Positions 22,641 to 31,941 of a DNA stretch of 32,000 nucleotides are shown piece by piece. The DNA comes from Mycoplasma mycoides subsp. capri. Its GTDB lineage: Bacteria; Bacillota_I; Bacilli_A; Mycoplasmatales; Mycoplasmataceae. The stretch is from positions 1,003,495-1,035,494 of the forward strand of contig NZ_CP065581.1 in the NCBI RefSeq assembly GCF_018389705.1, read 5' to 3'. The position numbers and the translations under genes are program-made. Numbering within the stretch: position 1 is the first letter of the stretch; every line of letters begins with the position of its first letter. Below the pieces are notes generated by a model that was not told the DNA's origin, searched no databases, and was given only the letters and a program-made list of their open reading frames with translations.

Positions 22641-24881
22641 TTAACTTGTTATTTCTTGTATTTTTTGATTAATTTCTTTAACGATATTATCTAGTGAAGT
22701 GCTGTTATCTTTTAGTTTTTGAGTTATTTGTTTTATAGCGGTTTGTTTAGGTTCAATTTCATTTTGAAATCCAATTAAAAATAAATAATATTTTTCAAAA
22801 TTTTTATCATCTTCTTTTGGATTTAGTCATTGTTCTATATATTGTATGTATTTATCACTTGATTCTTTAAGGGTTTTAATTTCTTTATTTAATTCAGAAA
22901 AATCACTTTTAATATTTTTTAAAATAGTTTTAATATTTTTAATTAAGATTTGTACACTTTCATATGCACTATCTATTTTTTTCTTCTTGTCTACTAGTTT
23001 TTCATTTTTAGCTTTTTCTTGTTTTAGTTCTTTTTTTAGAGTAAGAATTTGAGCATCTAATAACTCGATTTGGGATGCTAAATTATCAAATTCTTTTTGT
23101 TTATTTTTAACGTCAAGTTGTAATTTAAAGTTTTCACTATCTGAAGCTTTAATTTCTGATTTTAGTTTTTTTAATTCTTTATTTTGATGATCAACTGAAC
23201 CTTTTAATCAATCTAATCTATCTTTTTTAGTTTTTTTATCACTATTTATATTAGAAATTTTAGAATCAAGATCATTTATTTCTTTATTTAACGCATCTCG
23301 TTTTTCATTTAATTCACTTGATTGATCAGTTAATTTTTTAACTTCTTTTTCTAGTTGTTGTTTTTGTGAATTTAAGGAAGATAATTCATTAGTTTTTCTA
23401 GTGATTTCTTGTTGATTTTGATCTAGAGTTTGTTTAATTGAATTGTATTGTCTTTCTAAGGTTGACAAATTATTTTGTTGAGATTCAATTATTTGTTTTA
23501 AACTGTTAACTAATTTTTCTTTACTAGTTTTTGTTTTATTTAATTCATCAATTTGAGAAGCTAAGTCAGTTTTTTCAACTTTTAATCTTTTTATTCTTTT
23601 ATCTAAAGTTTCTAAGTCTTTTTCTAATTTTTTAATTTGTTCTTGTTTTTGTTGTTCTTGTTTTTTAGCTTTATCTAATTTAGCTTCAAGTTCTTGTTTT
23701 TGTTGTTTTGAATTTTTAATAGAATCTAAATAACTTTCTTTTTGAGTTGTTAGTTGTTTTAATTCATTTTTCTTTTTTTCTAGTTGTTCATTTAATGTAT
23801 TATTTTCAGATGTTGAGTTTTGTTTTTGTTTTTCAAGTTCTTGTATTTGTTGAGTTAATAAACTAATTTGAGAATTAGTTTGATCTAATTGAGTTTGAAG
23901 ATCTTTTATTTGATTTTCTTTATTTCTAATTTCTGAATTAACTTTGTCAATATCAGTTTGTTTTTCTTTTTTTAATTCAGAAATTTTAGTTTTAATAGTT
24001 TGGATTTGATCTTTAGTTTCTTTAATTTGTTTATTTATATTTACTAATTTATTATTATTTTTGCTAAGTTCATCTGTGCTTTTGTTAAGTTCCTCTAACA
24101 AATTAGCTAACTCAGTTTGTTTTTCTTTTAAAACAACTTTTTGTTGATTTAGTTCAACTTGTTTTTGAGTTTTAGAATCATTTAATGTATTAGTTTGTTT
24201 ATTAAGTTCTAATAGTTCTTTTTCTAATTTCTTATAATGACTTATTTTAGTTTTTAATTTAAATATAAGTAAATAGTCTTTATTAATTTGGTTTTTTAGT
24301 GTAGCTATTTCTTGTTGTTTTTTATCTTTATTTTTAATAAGTTGGTCAAGTTCTTTTTTTAGAGATTCAATGTCAGTTATAGTAGTGTTAATTTCATTAT
24401 TCTTTTTAGCTAGTTCAGATTCTTTATTTTTAATTTCTTTAATAAAGTAATCTTTTAGTTCATCTTTATGTTCTTTAGTTTTTTTAAGATTTTTTAATTC
24501 AGATTCAGATTTAATTTTTAGATCATTTTTAGTTTTTGACTCTAATTTTAGATTAGTTAAATCTCTTGTTAATTTACTAATCATTTGTTTTTGATCAGAA
24601 TCTTTTTTAATAAGTTCTTTTTGTTTTTGTTTTAACTCATTAAATTTATCTTTACTACTAATAAAATTCTTTTCATCTTCTAAAAGTAAAACTTTTAATT
24701 GGTTTTCTTTAGTATTAATATCATCACTAACACTTTTTAATTGCTTTTCAAGTTCTTTAACTTCGTTTTGATGTGTATTTAAAAAGCTTCTTTGATTATG
24801 AATATTTTTATATACAACATATGAAAAACCTGCTGCTGAAAACACACTAATAGCAGCAAGTAATGCCACTAATTTTTTCAT
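22641..24881 (-). CDS. Coiled-coil protein with N-terminal membrane anchor, paralog D (746 aa)
   Basis: MKKLVALLAAISVFSAAGFSYVVYKNIHNQRSFL... (ORF 23208..24881) continues through a UGA(Trp) to ...KYIQYIEQWLNPKEDDKNFEKYYYFILIGF...KIQEITS*. Confidence 0.82.
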
Positions 24882-25127
24882 AATAACCTCTAAATTAACG
24901 TTACATTCTAATTTAATTTTATTACTTTTAGTTTTTTATGAAAAAAAGGTATTGTAATTTCCTAAAAATTTAAATAAAATAATTATTTATAGTTTTTATA
25001 AAATACGTCTTTGTTTTTAAAATAAGTAAGAAAAAAACTAGCAAAATTGCTAATTTTAATTAAAGAAAATATGTATTTAATAGTTATTTATCATAATGTT
25101 CTAAACAGTGTGTGTATCAAAAATATA

Positions 25128-25160
25128 TTGACATTATATATATATATATATATATATAAT
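25128..25160 (+). promoter_or_regulatory. Promoter with (TA)12 spacer repeat, TTGACA-21 bp-TATAAT
   Basis: TTGACA 25128-25133; TATAAT 25155-25160; TA tract 25135-25158. Confidence 0.9.
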
Positions 25161-25203
25161 GTGTCTTACCAAAAGATAAACAACCAATTGTAAAGGACAT
25201 TAT

Positions 25204-25620
25204 ATGAAAAAATTACTAACAATATTAGGATCTGTTGGGCTAATGGCTACAACTAGTGCTGCAGTAATTGCTTGTGGTGATAGAGCACCAAATATAAAAC
25301 AAAAAGAAGAAAAGACAAAACCTTCTGAGGCACCTAAAAATGAAGAGTCTAAAAAGGAAGAAAAGAAACAAGAAGAATTTCAACCTAAATTTTCAGATGT
25401 TGAAAATAAAACTCTAGGTAATTTTGAACCAAACAATAAGAACACAATATCTCAAGGAGATATCAAAAAAGAGTTGGCTAAGAAATTGAATGTAAATGAA
25501 TCTGATTTACAAGAATTAAAAACTAACTCATCATCAAATGGAATTGGTTTTGGTTCAGTAAGATCTAAAACCTTTGTTGGTGCTTTAGAATTTAAATTTG
25601 AAATAGAAGAAAATAAATAA
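25204..25620 (+). CDS. Vmm/Vmc-type variable lipoprotein 1 (138 aa)
   Basis: MKKLLTILGSVGLMATTSAAVIACGDRAP (lipobox), K/E-rich linker, one ~65-aa module (FSDVENKTLGNFEPNNKNTISQGDIKKELAKKLNVNESDLQELKT...). Confidence 0.85.
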   Translation: MKKLLTILGSVGLMATTSAAVIACGDRAPNIKQKEEKTKPSEAPKNEESKKEEKKQEEFQPKFSDVENKTLGNFEPNNKNTISQGDIKKELAKKLNVNESDLQELKTNSSSNGIGFGSVRSKTFVGALEFKFEIEENK

Positions 25621-25630
25621 AAATATATTA

Positions 25631-25674
25631 AAGTCTCTAGTGATTATGTTTTTATAAAATCCTAGAGATTTTTA
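25631..25674 (+). terminator. Intrinsic terminator
   Basis: GTCTCTAG...CTAGAGATTTTT. Confidence 0.6.
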
Positions 25675-25749
25675 TTAATATTTAATTCCACATATTACTT
25701 AATAGTAATTTATCATAATGTTCCAAATAAGCATTTACCAGGGATACAC

Positions 25750-25778
25750 TTGACATTATATATATATATATATATAAT
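25750..25778 (+). promoter_or_regulatory. Promoter with (TA)10 spacer repeat, TTGACA-17 bp-TATAAT
   Basis: TTGACA 25750-25755; TATAAT 25773-25778; TA tract 25757-25776. Confidence 0.9.
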
Positions 25779-25841
25779 GATTATTGATACGAAAAATATA
25801 TGTGTATTTCTATGAATACACCACAAAAAGGAAATAATAAT

Positions 25842-26465
25842 ATGAAAAAATTACTAACAATATTAGGATCTGTTGGGCTAATGGCTACAACTAGTGCTGC
25901 AGTAATTGCTTGTGGTGATAAAACTCAACAAAAAACTCCTGACAAAAAAGAAGAAAATAAACCAGCCGAGGAAAAGAAAGAAGAAAAAACTGAAGAACCT
26001 AAAAAAGAAGAAGAAAAGAAAGAAGAAACTAAACAACCTAATTTTTCAAGTGTTGAAAACCAGGTTTTTAGTAACTTTGAACCTGATGAAAATAATATAA
26101 TTCCTCAAGCAAAAATAAAAGAAGAGTTAGCTAAAAAATTGGATGTTAGTAAACCTGAATTACAAGAATTAAAAGTTGATTATGAAAAGAAAACTGGAAG
26201 TGTATTCCTTCCAAAACACAATAAAACATTAAACTTTAAATTTAGTACTTATCTTGAATTAGGTGAATTACAAGCAGAAAAGAAAAATAATTTTTCTGTA
26301 GTATCTCAAACAAAAATAAAAGAAGAGTTAGCTAAAAAATTAAAAACTGATTCAAGTAAATTACAAGAATTAAAAGTAGATTATGAAAAAAATACTGGTA
26401 CTGTTAAGGGACCAAAATCTTCTAATCCTATAGAATTTAGATTTTCAGTAAAAGAAGCAAAATAA
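25842..26465 (+). CDS. Vmm/Vmc-type variable lipoprotein 2, two modules
   Basis: MKKLLTILGSVGLMATTSAAVIACGDKTQQKT; GGAAA-type RBS before this internal ATG; two tandem ...IKEELAKKL...LQELKVDYEK.TG.V... modules. Confidence 0.85.
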   Translation: MKKLLTILGSVGLMATTSAAVIACGDKTQQKTPDKKEENKPAEEKKEEKTEEPKKEEEKKEETKQPNFSSVENQVFSNFEPDENNIIPQAKIKEELAKKLDVSKPELQELKVDYEKKTGSVFLPKHNKTLNFKFSTYLELGELQAEKKNNFSVVSQTKIKEELAKKLKTDSSKLQELKVDYEKNTGTVKGPKSSNPIEFRFSVKEAK

Positions 26466-26469
26466 TAGT

Positions 26470-26503
26470 AAAATCTCTAGTTTCACAGCTTAGAGATTTT
26501 TTT
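26470..26503 (+). terminator. Intrinsic terminator
   Basis: AAATCTCTA-gtttcacagct-TAGAGATTTTTTT. Confidence 0.75.
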
Positions 26504-26715
26504 ATATCTACTTTTGATATTTACACATATATTTAGTTATATATTTATTTTTTATTTTTTTTATTATAAATAATATGACTTTAAACAATTGAATTACAAA
26601 AAAACACAATAAATCTAGTCTTGATATCCTACAAAAAATTTTTATTTTTTTCTTTAATCTTAAAGTGTTATTAAAATTACAAAATAACTCAACTCAACCT
26701 ACCCTAAGAATACAC

Positions 26716-26746
26716 TTGACATTATATATATATATATATATATAAT
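26716..26746 (+). promoter_or_regulatory. Promoter with (TA)11 spacer repeat, TTGACA-19 bp-TATAAT
   Basis: TTGACA 26716-26721; TATAAT 26741-26746; TA tract 26723-26744. Confidence 0.9.
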
Positions 26747-26806
26747 GGTTATTGATAGGGAAAATATATGTGTATTTCTATGAATACACCACAAAAAGGA
26801 AATAAT

Positions 26807-27463
26807 ATGAAAAAATTACTAACAATATTGGGATCTGTTGGACTAGTTGCAACAACTAGTGCTGCAGTAATTGCTTGTGGTGATAAAACTTCACAAAAAA
26901 CTCCTGACAAAAAAGAAGAAAAAAAATCTGCTGATTCTAAAAAGGAAGAAAAAGAAAAGACTGAAGAAGAATCTAAAAAAGAAAAAGAGGAAGAAAAGAA
27001 AGAAATAGATAGCAAAAGTCCTAAAAAAGATTTAGACTTAGGTGTTTTAGCAAAAGACGAAAATAGATATAATAGTGTCTCTCAGTCTGAAATTAAGAAA
27101 AAACTAGCTAAACTATTACAAACAGAAGAATCTAGTCTTACAGACTTAAAAGTTGAATATGGAGAAGAAAGTGGAAAGGGAACAGTTAGATCTCCAAAAC
27201 ATGCAGATCCAGTAAAATTTACTTTTGTTACTGTACTTGATTTAGGTAACGTTCCAACAACTAAAAACAAAGATAAAGAATATGTATCAAATGGAAAGAT
27301 AAAAGAAGAATTAGCTAAGAAATTAGAATTAAATCAAGGGGATTTATATAATCTGCATGTTGACTCTTCTAATGCTAATTCAGGAACTGGAACAGTTAAA
27401 TCTTCAAAATTCTCTGGTACTATAAGTTTCAAATTCACAATAAAAGAACAAAAGAATAAATAA
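26807..27463 (+). CDS. Vmm/Vmc-type variable lipoprotein 3, two modules
   Basis: MKKLLTILGSVGLVATTSAAVIACGDKTSQKT; two modules containing IKKKLAKLLQTEESSLTDLKVEYGEESGKGTV and IKEELAKKLELNQGDLYNLHVDSSNANSGTGTV. Confidence 0.85.
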   Translation: MKKLLTILGSVGLVATTSAAVIACGDKTSQKTPDKKEEKKSADSKKEEKEKTEEESKKEKEEEKKEIDSKSPKKDLDLGVLAKDENRYNSVSQSEIKKKLAKLLQTEESSLTDLKVEYGEESGKGTVRSPKHADPVKFTFVTVLDLGNVPTTKNKDKEYVSNGKIKEELAKKLELNQGDLYNLHVDSSNANSGTGTVKSSKFSGTISFKFTIKEQKNK

Positions 27464-27473
27464 TAATTCGTCA

Positions 27474-27510
27474 GTCTCTAATTCTTATTAAAAGATTTAG
27501 AGATTTTTTA
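27474..27510 (+). terminator. Intrinsic terminator
   Basis: GTCTCTAA...TTTAGAGATTTTTT. Confidence 0.6.
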
Positions 27511-27539
27511 TTTACCTTTACAATTGTTAATTAATATTT

Positions 27540-27990
27540 CAATTTATTTTGTTGCAAAACCTTTTTTTAAATTGATTTAAATCAATATCTTTTTGAGTAA
27601 CATTTTTATAAAGTCTTTTTAGATAATCAAACTTACTGTTTGGATCACTAAAATCTAAAGAGGTTCTAATAACATTTTCTAAAATTTCAGGATATGGAAT
27701 TTTTTCATATAAAGAAATAATCTTTTTAAATAATCTAATATTTTTACTTATATTATGGATTTTTTTGAGTAATTATTAAATATAACTTCTAATCCTTATT
27801 TGTATATCTATTAAAATTAACTACATAATCAAATCTTCTAATAAGCTCTTTATTTAAATAATCATATAAATTAAAGTATAATTTCTTTATTTAAATTATC
27901 TAGACATTGTAAAACTGTTGAAATTACTATTCCCATTTCTCTTAGATCATTACTATTAGTTCTATCTAAAAAGCTAATGCAACTATTTCA
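27540..27990 (-). pseudogene. Decayed coding remnant of unknown family
   Basis: Minus-strand frame fragment HNISKNIRLFKKIISLYEKIPYPEILENVIRTSLDFSDPNSKFDYLKRLYKNVTQKDIDLNQFKKRFCNKIN*, with interrupted pieces upstream in other frames (e.g. NSNDLREMGIVISTVLQCLDNLNK). Confidence 0.45.
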
Positions 27991-28047
27991 TCAAATAAAA
28001 TAATTGGTTTTTAGGTTGAAATAATTTATTAATCTCATCAAATAATT

Positions 28048-28259
28048 AAATTATATTGATTTAAATAATAATCAACTCAATCGTTATGTTTATCTAATCT
28101 AAGCTGTTCTAATAAATCACCATAAAGAATATTGTAATAATAAGGTCTAGATCTCATTTTTTTTAATAAAACTATAAAACAATTATATTAAATAACATAA
28201 AAACTACTAATTCAGTAGTACCTAAAATACCATAAAATATTCATCAGTATCTAACTATT
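28048..28259 (-). pseudogene. Truncated and degraded third PAP2-family paralog
   Basis: Minus strand encodes IVRYWWIFYGILGTTELVVFMLFN (cf. intact copy region EIVKYWSMWYEIVGDTEII) and KKMRSRPYYYNILYGDLLEQLRLDKHNDWVDYYLNQYN (cf. KGMTSRPFYYNVIYNDLLEQVKLNGNNHWVEHYLNQD at ~14840-14940 +). Confidence 0.75.
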
Positions 28260-28441
28260 TATTTTTTTAAAAAATATAGTTAATTTAAGATCAATAGAAA
28301 AAAAGAAAGAATTAAATAAAAAACCAATAATTTTGTCCTACTCTTTTATAATTACTGGTTTTTTTTATTTTTAATTTTAAATTGGTTATTTATAATTAAT
28401 TTTTTCTAATATTTGTCTTTATTATATTAAAAACTTATTTT

Positions 28442-29158
28442 TTAAATATTTAATTTAGCTACATAATTTATGATTTTTTGTTCAAAAAAAGTAGTGTTGT
28501 GTGGAGCTTTGGTTTGTGTTCTTATTCATAAAATAACTATATAATTTACAAATATTTTATTTAATAATAGTTTATGTTCATCATAGTTTTTATATAAATC
28601 TAAAAACACTTTTTCACACTCACTAGACATATTTGAAGTTTCAATTAAATAAGCTAATTCAAAATGTTTATCTCCCATTGTTGCATATTCTCAATCAACA
28701 AAATAAATTTTATTTTCAGTTTGAATCATATTAAAAGGAAATAAATCATTATGTAAAGGAGTATTAAATTCCATACTATCTAAAATATCATCAATTAAAC
28801 TAGCATATTTACTTATAACTTCAACACTAGTATTTAACTCACTCATTTTAGTTTTATAATATTCAACTCTTTGTTTTAAATTATTATCTGGAAACTTTAA
28901 ATTAGAACTATGTATTTGTTTAATTTGATTTGCTATTAAATTAATATTATTTAAATCAATTATAGGTTCAACTCCATCAATATATTCTCAAATGATTTCT
29001 TTTTGATTATTACTAATAAGTTTTGGAACAAAATCAAAGTTTTTTAAAAGCTCATAATTGATTTGATGATTAAAGTTGTTATAGTTTTTAATCTGTAAAA
29101 AAGTGTTATCTATACGATAAGAAACATTAGTTCCACCTTTAGTTATTTTAATTTTCAT
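28442..29158 (-). CDS. Choline kinase / aminoglycoside phosphotransferase-like (LicA-type) kinase
   Basis: 238 aa: MKIKITKGGTNVSYRIDNTFLQIKNYN...EYIDGVEPI...MEFNTPLHNDLFPFNMIQTENKIYFVDWEYATMGDKHFELAYLIE (HxDxxxxN and DWE). Confidence 0.85.
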
Positions 29159-29172
29159 TAGTATTCAATCTC

Positions 29173-29952
29173 TCAAATATTATTTATTAAATATTTTGCT
29201 TTATTTCTAATATTTTTATTATGTTCGTGTTTACAAATATAAGAGTTATCATAAAACATTTCAAACATAGAAAGATCATTATAATCATCACCAGCAACAA
29301 TAATATCATCACTAGAAATGTTTAATTTTTCTTGTAAACCTTTAATCGCTTGACCTTTACTTACATTAAATGCATGAATTTCATTAAACAACTTATTATT
29401 AATATTATTAAAAGTAATATTGACTTCTAATTTATTTTTATTAATAAAGTTTTCAATTTGATCTCAAGTATTTTGACTACATTCAATTTTTAAACATAAT
29501 AAATCTTTATCGTATAAATAATCTAATGTTTTATTTAAATTTTCAAGACCAAAAAAGAATTTTTCTACATCAGTTGATCAATTTTTATGAAATAAAAATG
29601 ATTCATTATCACTTGTAGCAAACACGATTACATCAATCTGATCAACTATAGTTTTTAAAAAATCTAATAACTGAATTTTAATATTTTTATCAATTGTTTT
29701 TTTATAAAAAACTTCACCTTGATTATCACAAACCAAAGCTCCGGTATTAACAATAAAATAATCAGGTAATAAATTATACTCATCTAGTAAATGTTCTTTT
29801 AATTGTTTATATGGTCTTCCTGTTGAAACTATTAATTTATTATTTTTTTGAAATTCTTTTACAAAATCTAAATCTTTTTGATCAATTTTTAAACTATTTT
29901 TAACTTTTGAGTTTCTTAACGTATTATCAAAATCTGAAAATAAATATTTCAT
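29173..29952 (-). CDS. Cof-type HAD-superfamily hydrolase
   Basis: 259 aa: MKYLFSDFDNTLRNSKVKNS...LIVSTGRPYKQL...DDIIVAGDDYNDLSMFE (HAD motifs DxDxT, STGR, GDDYND). Confidence 0.92.
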
Positions 29953-30000
29953 ACTAGCACCTACAATATTATCTTAATTTATTTATATTCTTTTAAATAC

Positions 30001-30026
30001 AAAAAAAGAGAGTTTTAACTCTCTTA
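30001..30026 (-). terminator. Intrinsic terminator of the rpmH-rnpA-yidC unit
   Basis: AAGAGAG-ttttaa-CTCTCTT with a T7 run on the minus strand. Confidence 0.8.
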
Positions 30027-30028
30027 AA

Positions 30029-31219
30029 TTATTTTAAATTCATTCTTTCCATTTGACGTAAACGTCTTTGGCGTTCTTGATTACCAGCTTTTCTTTTCTT
30101 CTCATTATATAAATAAAAAGCATAAGTTTGAATAATTTGTAATACTGAAGAAAAAATTCAATAAATACATACTCCTGTTGCAACTGAAACAATAATGATA
30201 ATAAATACAAACATCATTACAACTTGCATTATTAATTGTTTTTTTCTTGATTTTTTCTGTGCTTCAGTTAGAGTAATTGATTTTTGTTTTTTCATCTGTA
30301 GTAATGTTGGTAATAACATTGAAACAGCTTGTAAAGGTAAGTAAATTGCAAGAATAATAATATATATGTAGTTTCCTGATGTAATTTGTTGTCATGGCCC
30401 TTCAATTAAAGCGATTGGACCAACTGCTGCTATTTTTAGTGCTCTTGTTGATCTAACTATTGCATAAATAGCAAATAAGAAAGGTAGGGGAGCAAATGAG
30501 CCAGCTAGTGCAGAAAACTGTGACATATTTTCTTTTTTATATAAAGCTTGGATTTCTAATTGCTGTTTTTGTTTAGATTGCATATCCTTTTTATCTTTAT
30601 ATTTTGCTTGAATATCAGCAATCTTTAATTGTATGTCTTGCATTTTTTCTTGGTTAATTTGTGATTTTCAACCAAATGATAATGTAATTCCTTTAATTAA
30701 TAAAGTTGTTAAGAATATTGCAAAAATAGCTGAAATTCCATAACTTAATTGAGAAGATTTATCTAATAAGGGATTTAGTGTTCCAGAAAATAATCTAACC
30801 ATTCCAGCTAAAACTCAAGCTGTTGGATAAACGAAAAATCCATAAAACGGTGATTGAGTTAATTTAAAAGTTTCTTTTCAAGAAGTAATAGCATTATATC
30901 CATATTCAAAATAATTACCCTTATCATAAACAAAATGATGGACCTTAGATCCTTTTTCACCTAAAGAGCTTAGAATAATTTCAAATGAAACCCCAGGAGC
31001 ATAAACACTTTTACCTGTCATATCAACTATTTGATTAACACTATATTGAGCTTGATACATCTGTACACAACCTCAAAGCATTGAAACTAAAATAAATAAA
31101 AACCCAAACACTTTTAATCATTTAATTACTAATTTAATAGTTTCTTTTTTAGTTTTAGGAGCTTTTTTATTTTTTGAAGCATTTAGATAACTCATAACTT
31201 TATATGACTGTTTGTACAA
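30029..31219 (-). CDS. yidC: Membrane protein insertase YidC/OxaA
   Basis: 396 aa with UGA=Trp; TTG start 7 nt after a GGAGG RBS; five hydrophobic segments; position downstream of rnpA/rpmH. Confidence 0.93.
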
Positions 31220-31236
31220 AATAATCCCTCCTTTCT

Positions 31237-31566
31237 TTATTTAATCTCTTTTATTAATTTAATTAATGATTTAGATAATGTTGCATATTTAAGTTCTAAA
31301 ACACTTTTTCTAACTAGAATAATAACATCTTTTGAAATAGTTCCAACTTCATTAATGTTTTGTCTTAATATCATTCTAATTTGTCTTTTTACTTTATTTC
31401 TAACTACAGCATTACCTATTTTTTTCCCAACACTAATACCATACCTTAGATATGATTGATCGTTATCTTTATAGTAAATAACAAAACAAAAATTCTTAAC
31501 AGTTTTTTTGTAATTAATTATTTCTTGAAACTCAAAATTTTTCTTAATTACTCTTTTGTTTTTCAT
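31237..31566 (-). CDS. rnpA: Ribonuclease P protein component
   Basis: MKNKRVIKKNFEFQEIINYKKTVKN...YGISVGKKIGNAVVRNKVKRQIRMILRQ (RNR motif). Confidence 0.97.
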   Translation of the reverse strand: MKNKRVIKKNFEFQEIINYKKTVKNFCFVIYYKDNDQSYLRYGISVGKKIGNAVVRNKVKRQIRMILRQNINEVGTISKDVIILVRKSVLELKYATLSKSLIKLIKEIK

Positions 31567-31572
31567 AAATTA

Positions 31573-31707
31573 TTAAGCAGATAATCTAACTCTACCTTTA
31601 GCTCTACGAGCTTTAATTACTTTTCTACCATTTTCAGTAGCCATTCTTGCTCTAAAACCATGAACACGTGCATGTTTTAGTTTTGATGGTTGTCAAGTTC
31701 TTTTCAT
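31573..31707 (-). CDS. rpmH: 50S ribosomal protein L34
   Basis: [45 protein letters not shown] encoded by TGA. Confidence 0.98.
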
Positions 31708-31941
31708 ACCACTACCTCCTTTACAAAAAAATAAATAATTCACACCTAATTATATAATATTTTGCTTTAAAAATACACTTATAAACTTAATTTTTAGCTT
31801 CTCAATTAAATGTAGATAAAAGCACAAATTACTAACAGAAATATTAGTTAATTGTTGATAAGTTGATAACTATAAAATAACACCATTAAAATAAGATTTT
31901 AGAATTTGTTAATTTGTTAATATATCTATGTTATAAGGATT

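Noticed and set aside
15465-24881. Coiled-coil genes as SMC/Rad50-type DNA repair or defence ATPases
   Set aside because: No Walker A/B, signature or hinge sequence is visible; the N-terminus is a hydrophobic leader, so similarity to SMC is compositional only.
25800-25841. Upstream in-frame start (MCISMNTPQKGNN...) for lipoproteins 2 and 3
   Set aside because: The conserved signal peptide begins at the internal ATG, preceded by an AAAAGGAAATAAT RBS-like sequence; lipoprotein 1 lacks the extension.
25135-26744. TA tracts considered as a CRISPR or simple low-complexity artefact
   Set aside because: Each tract sits precisely between consensus -35 and -10 hexamers in front of a lipoprotein gene, so promoter switch elements are the better explanation. 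There are no spacer/repeat pairs anywhere in the window.
25906-27270. ORFs 25906..26100 (+), 26749..27015 (-) and 27082..27270 (-)
   Set aside because: Out-of-frame or antisense readings of the lipoprotein K/E linkers and modules.
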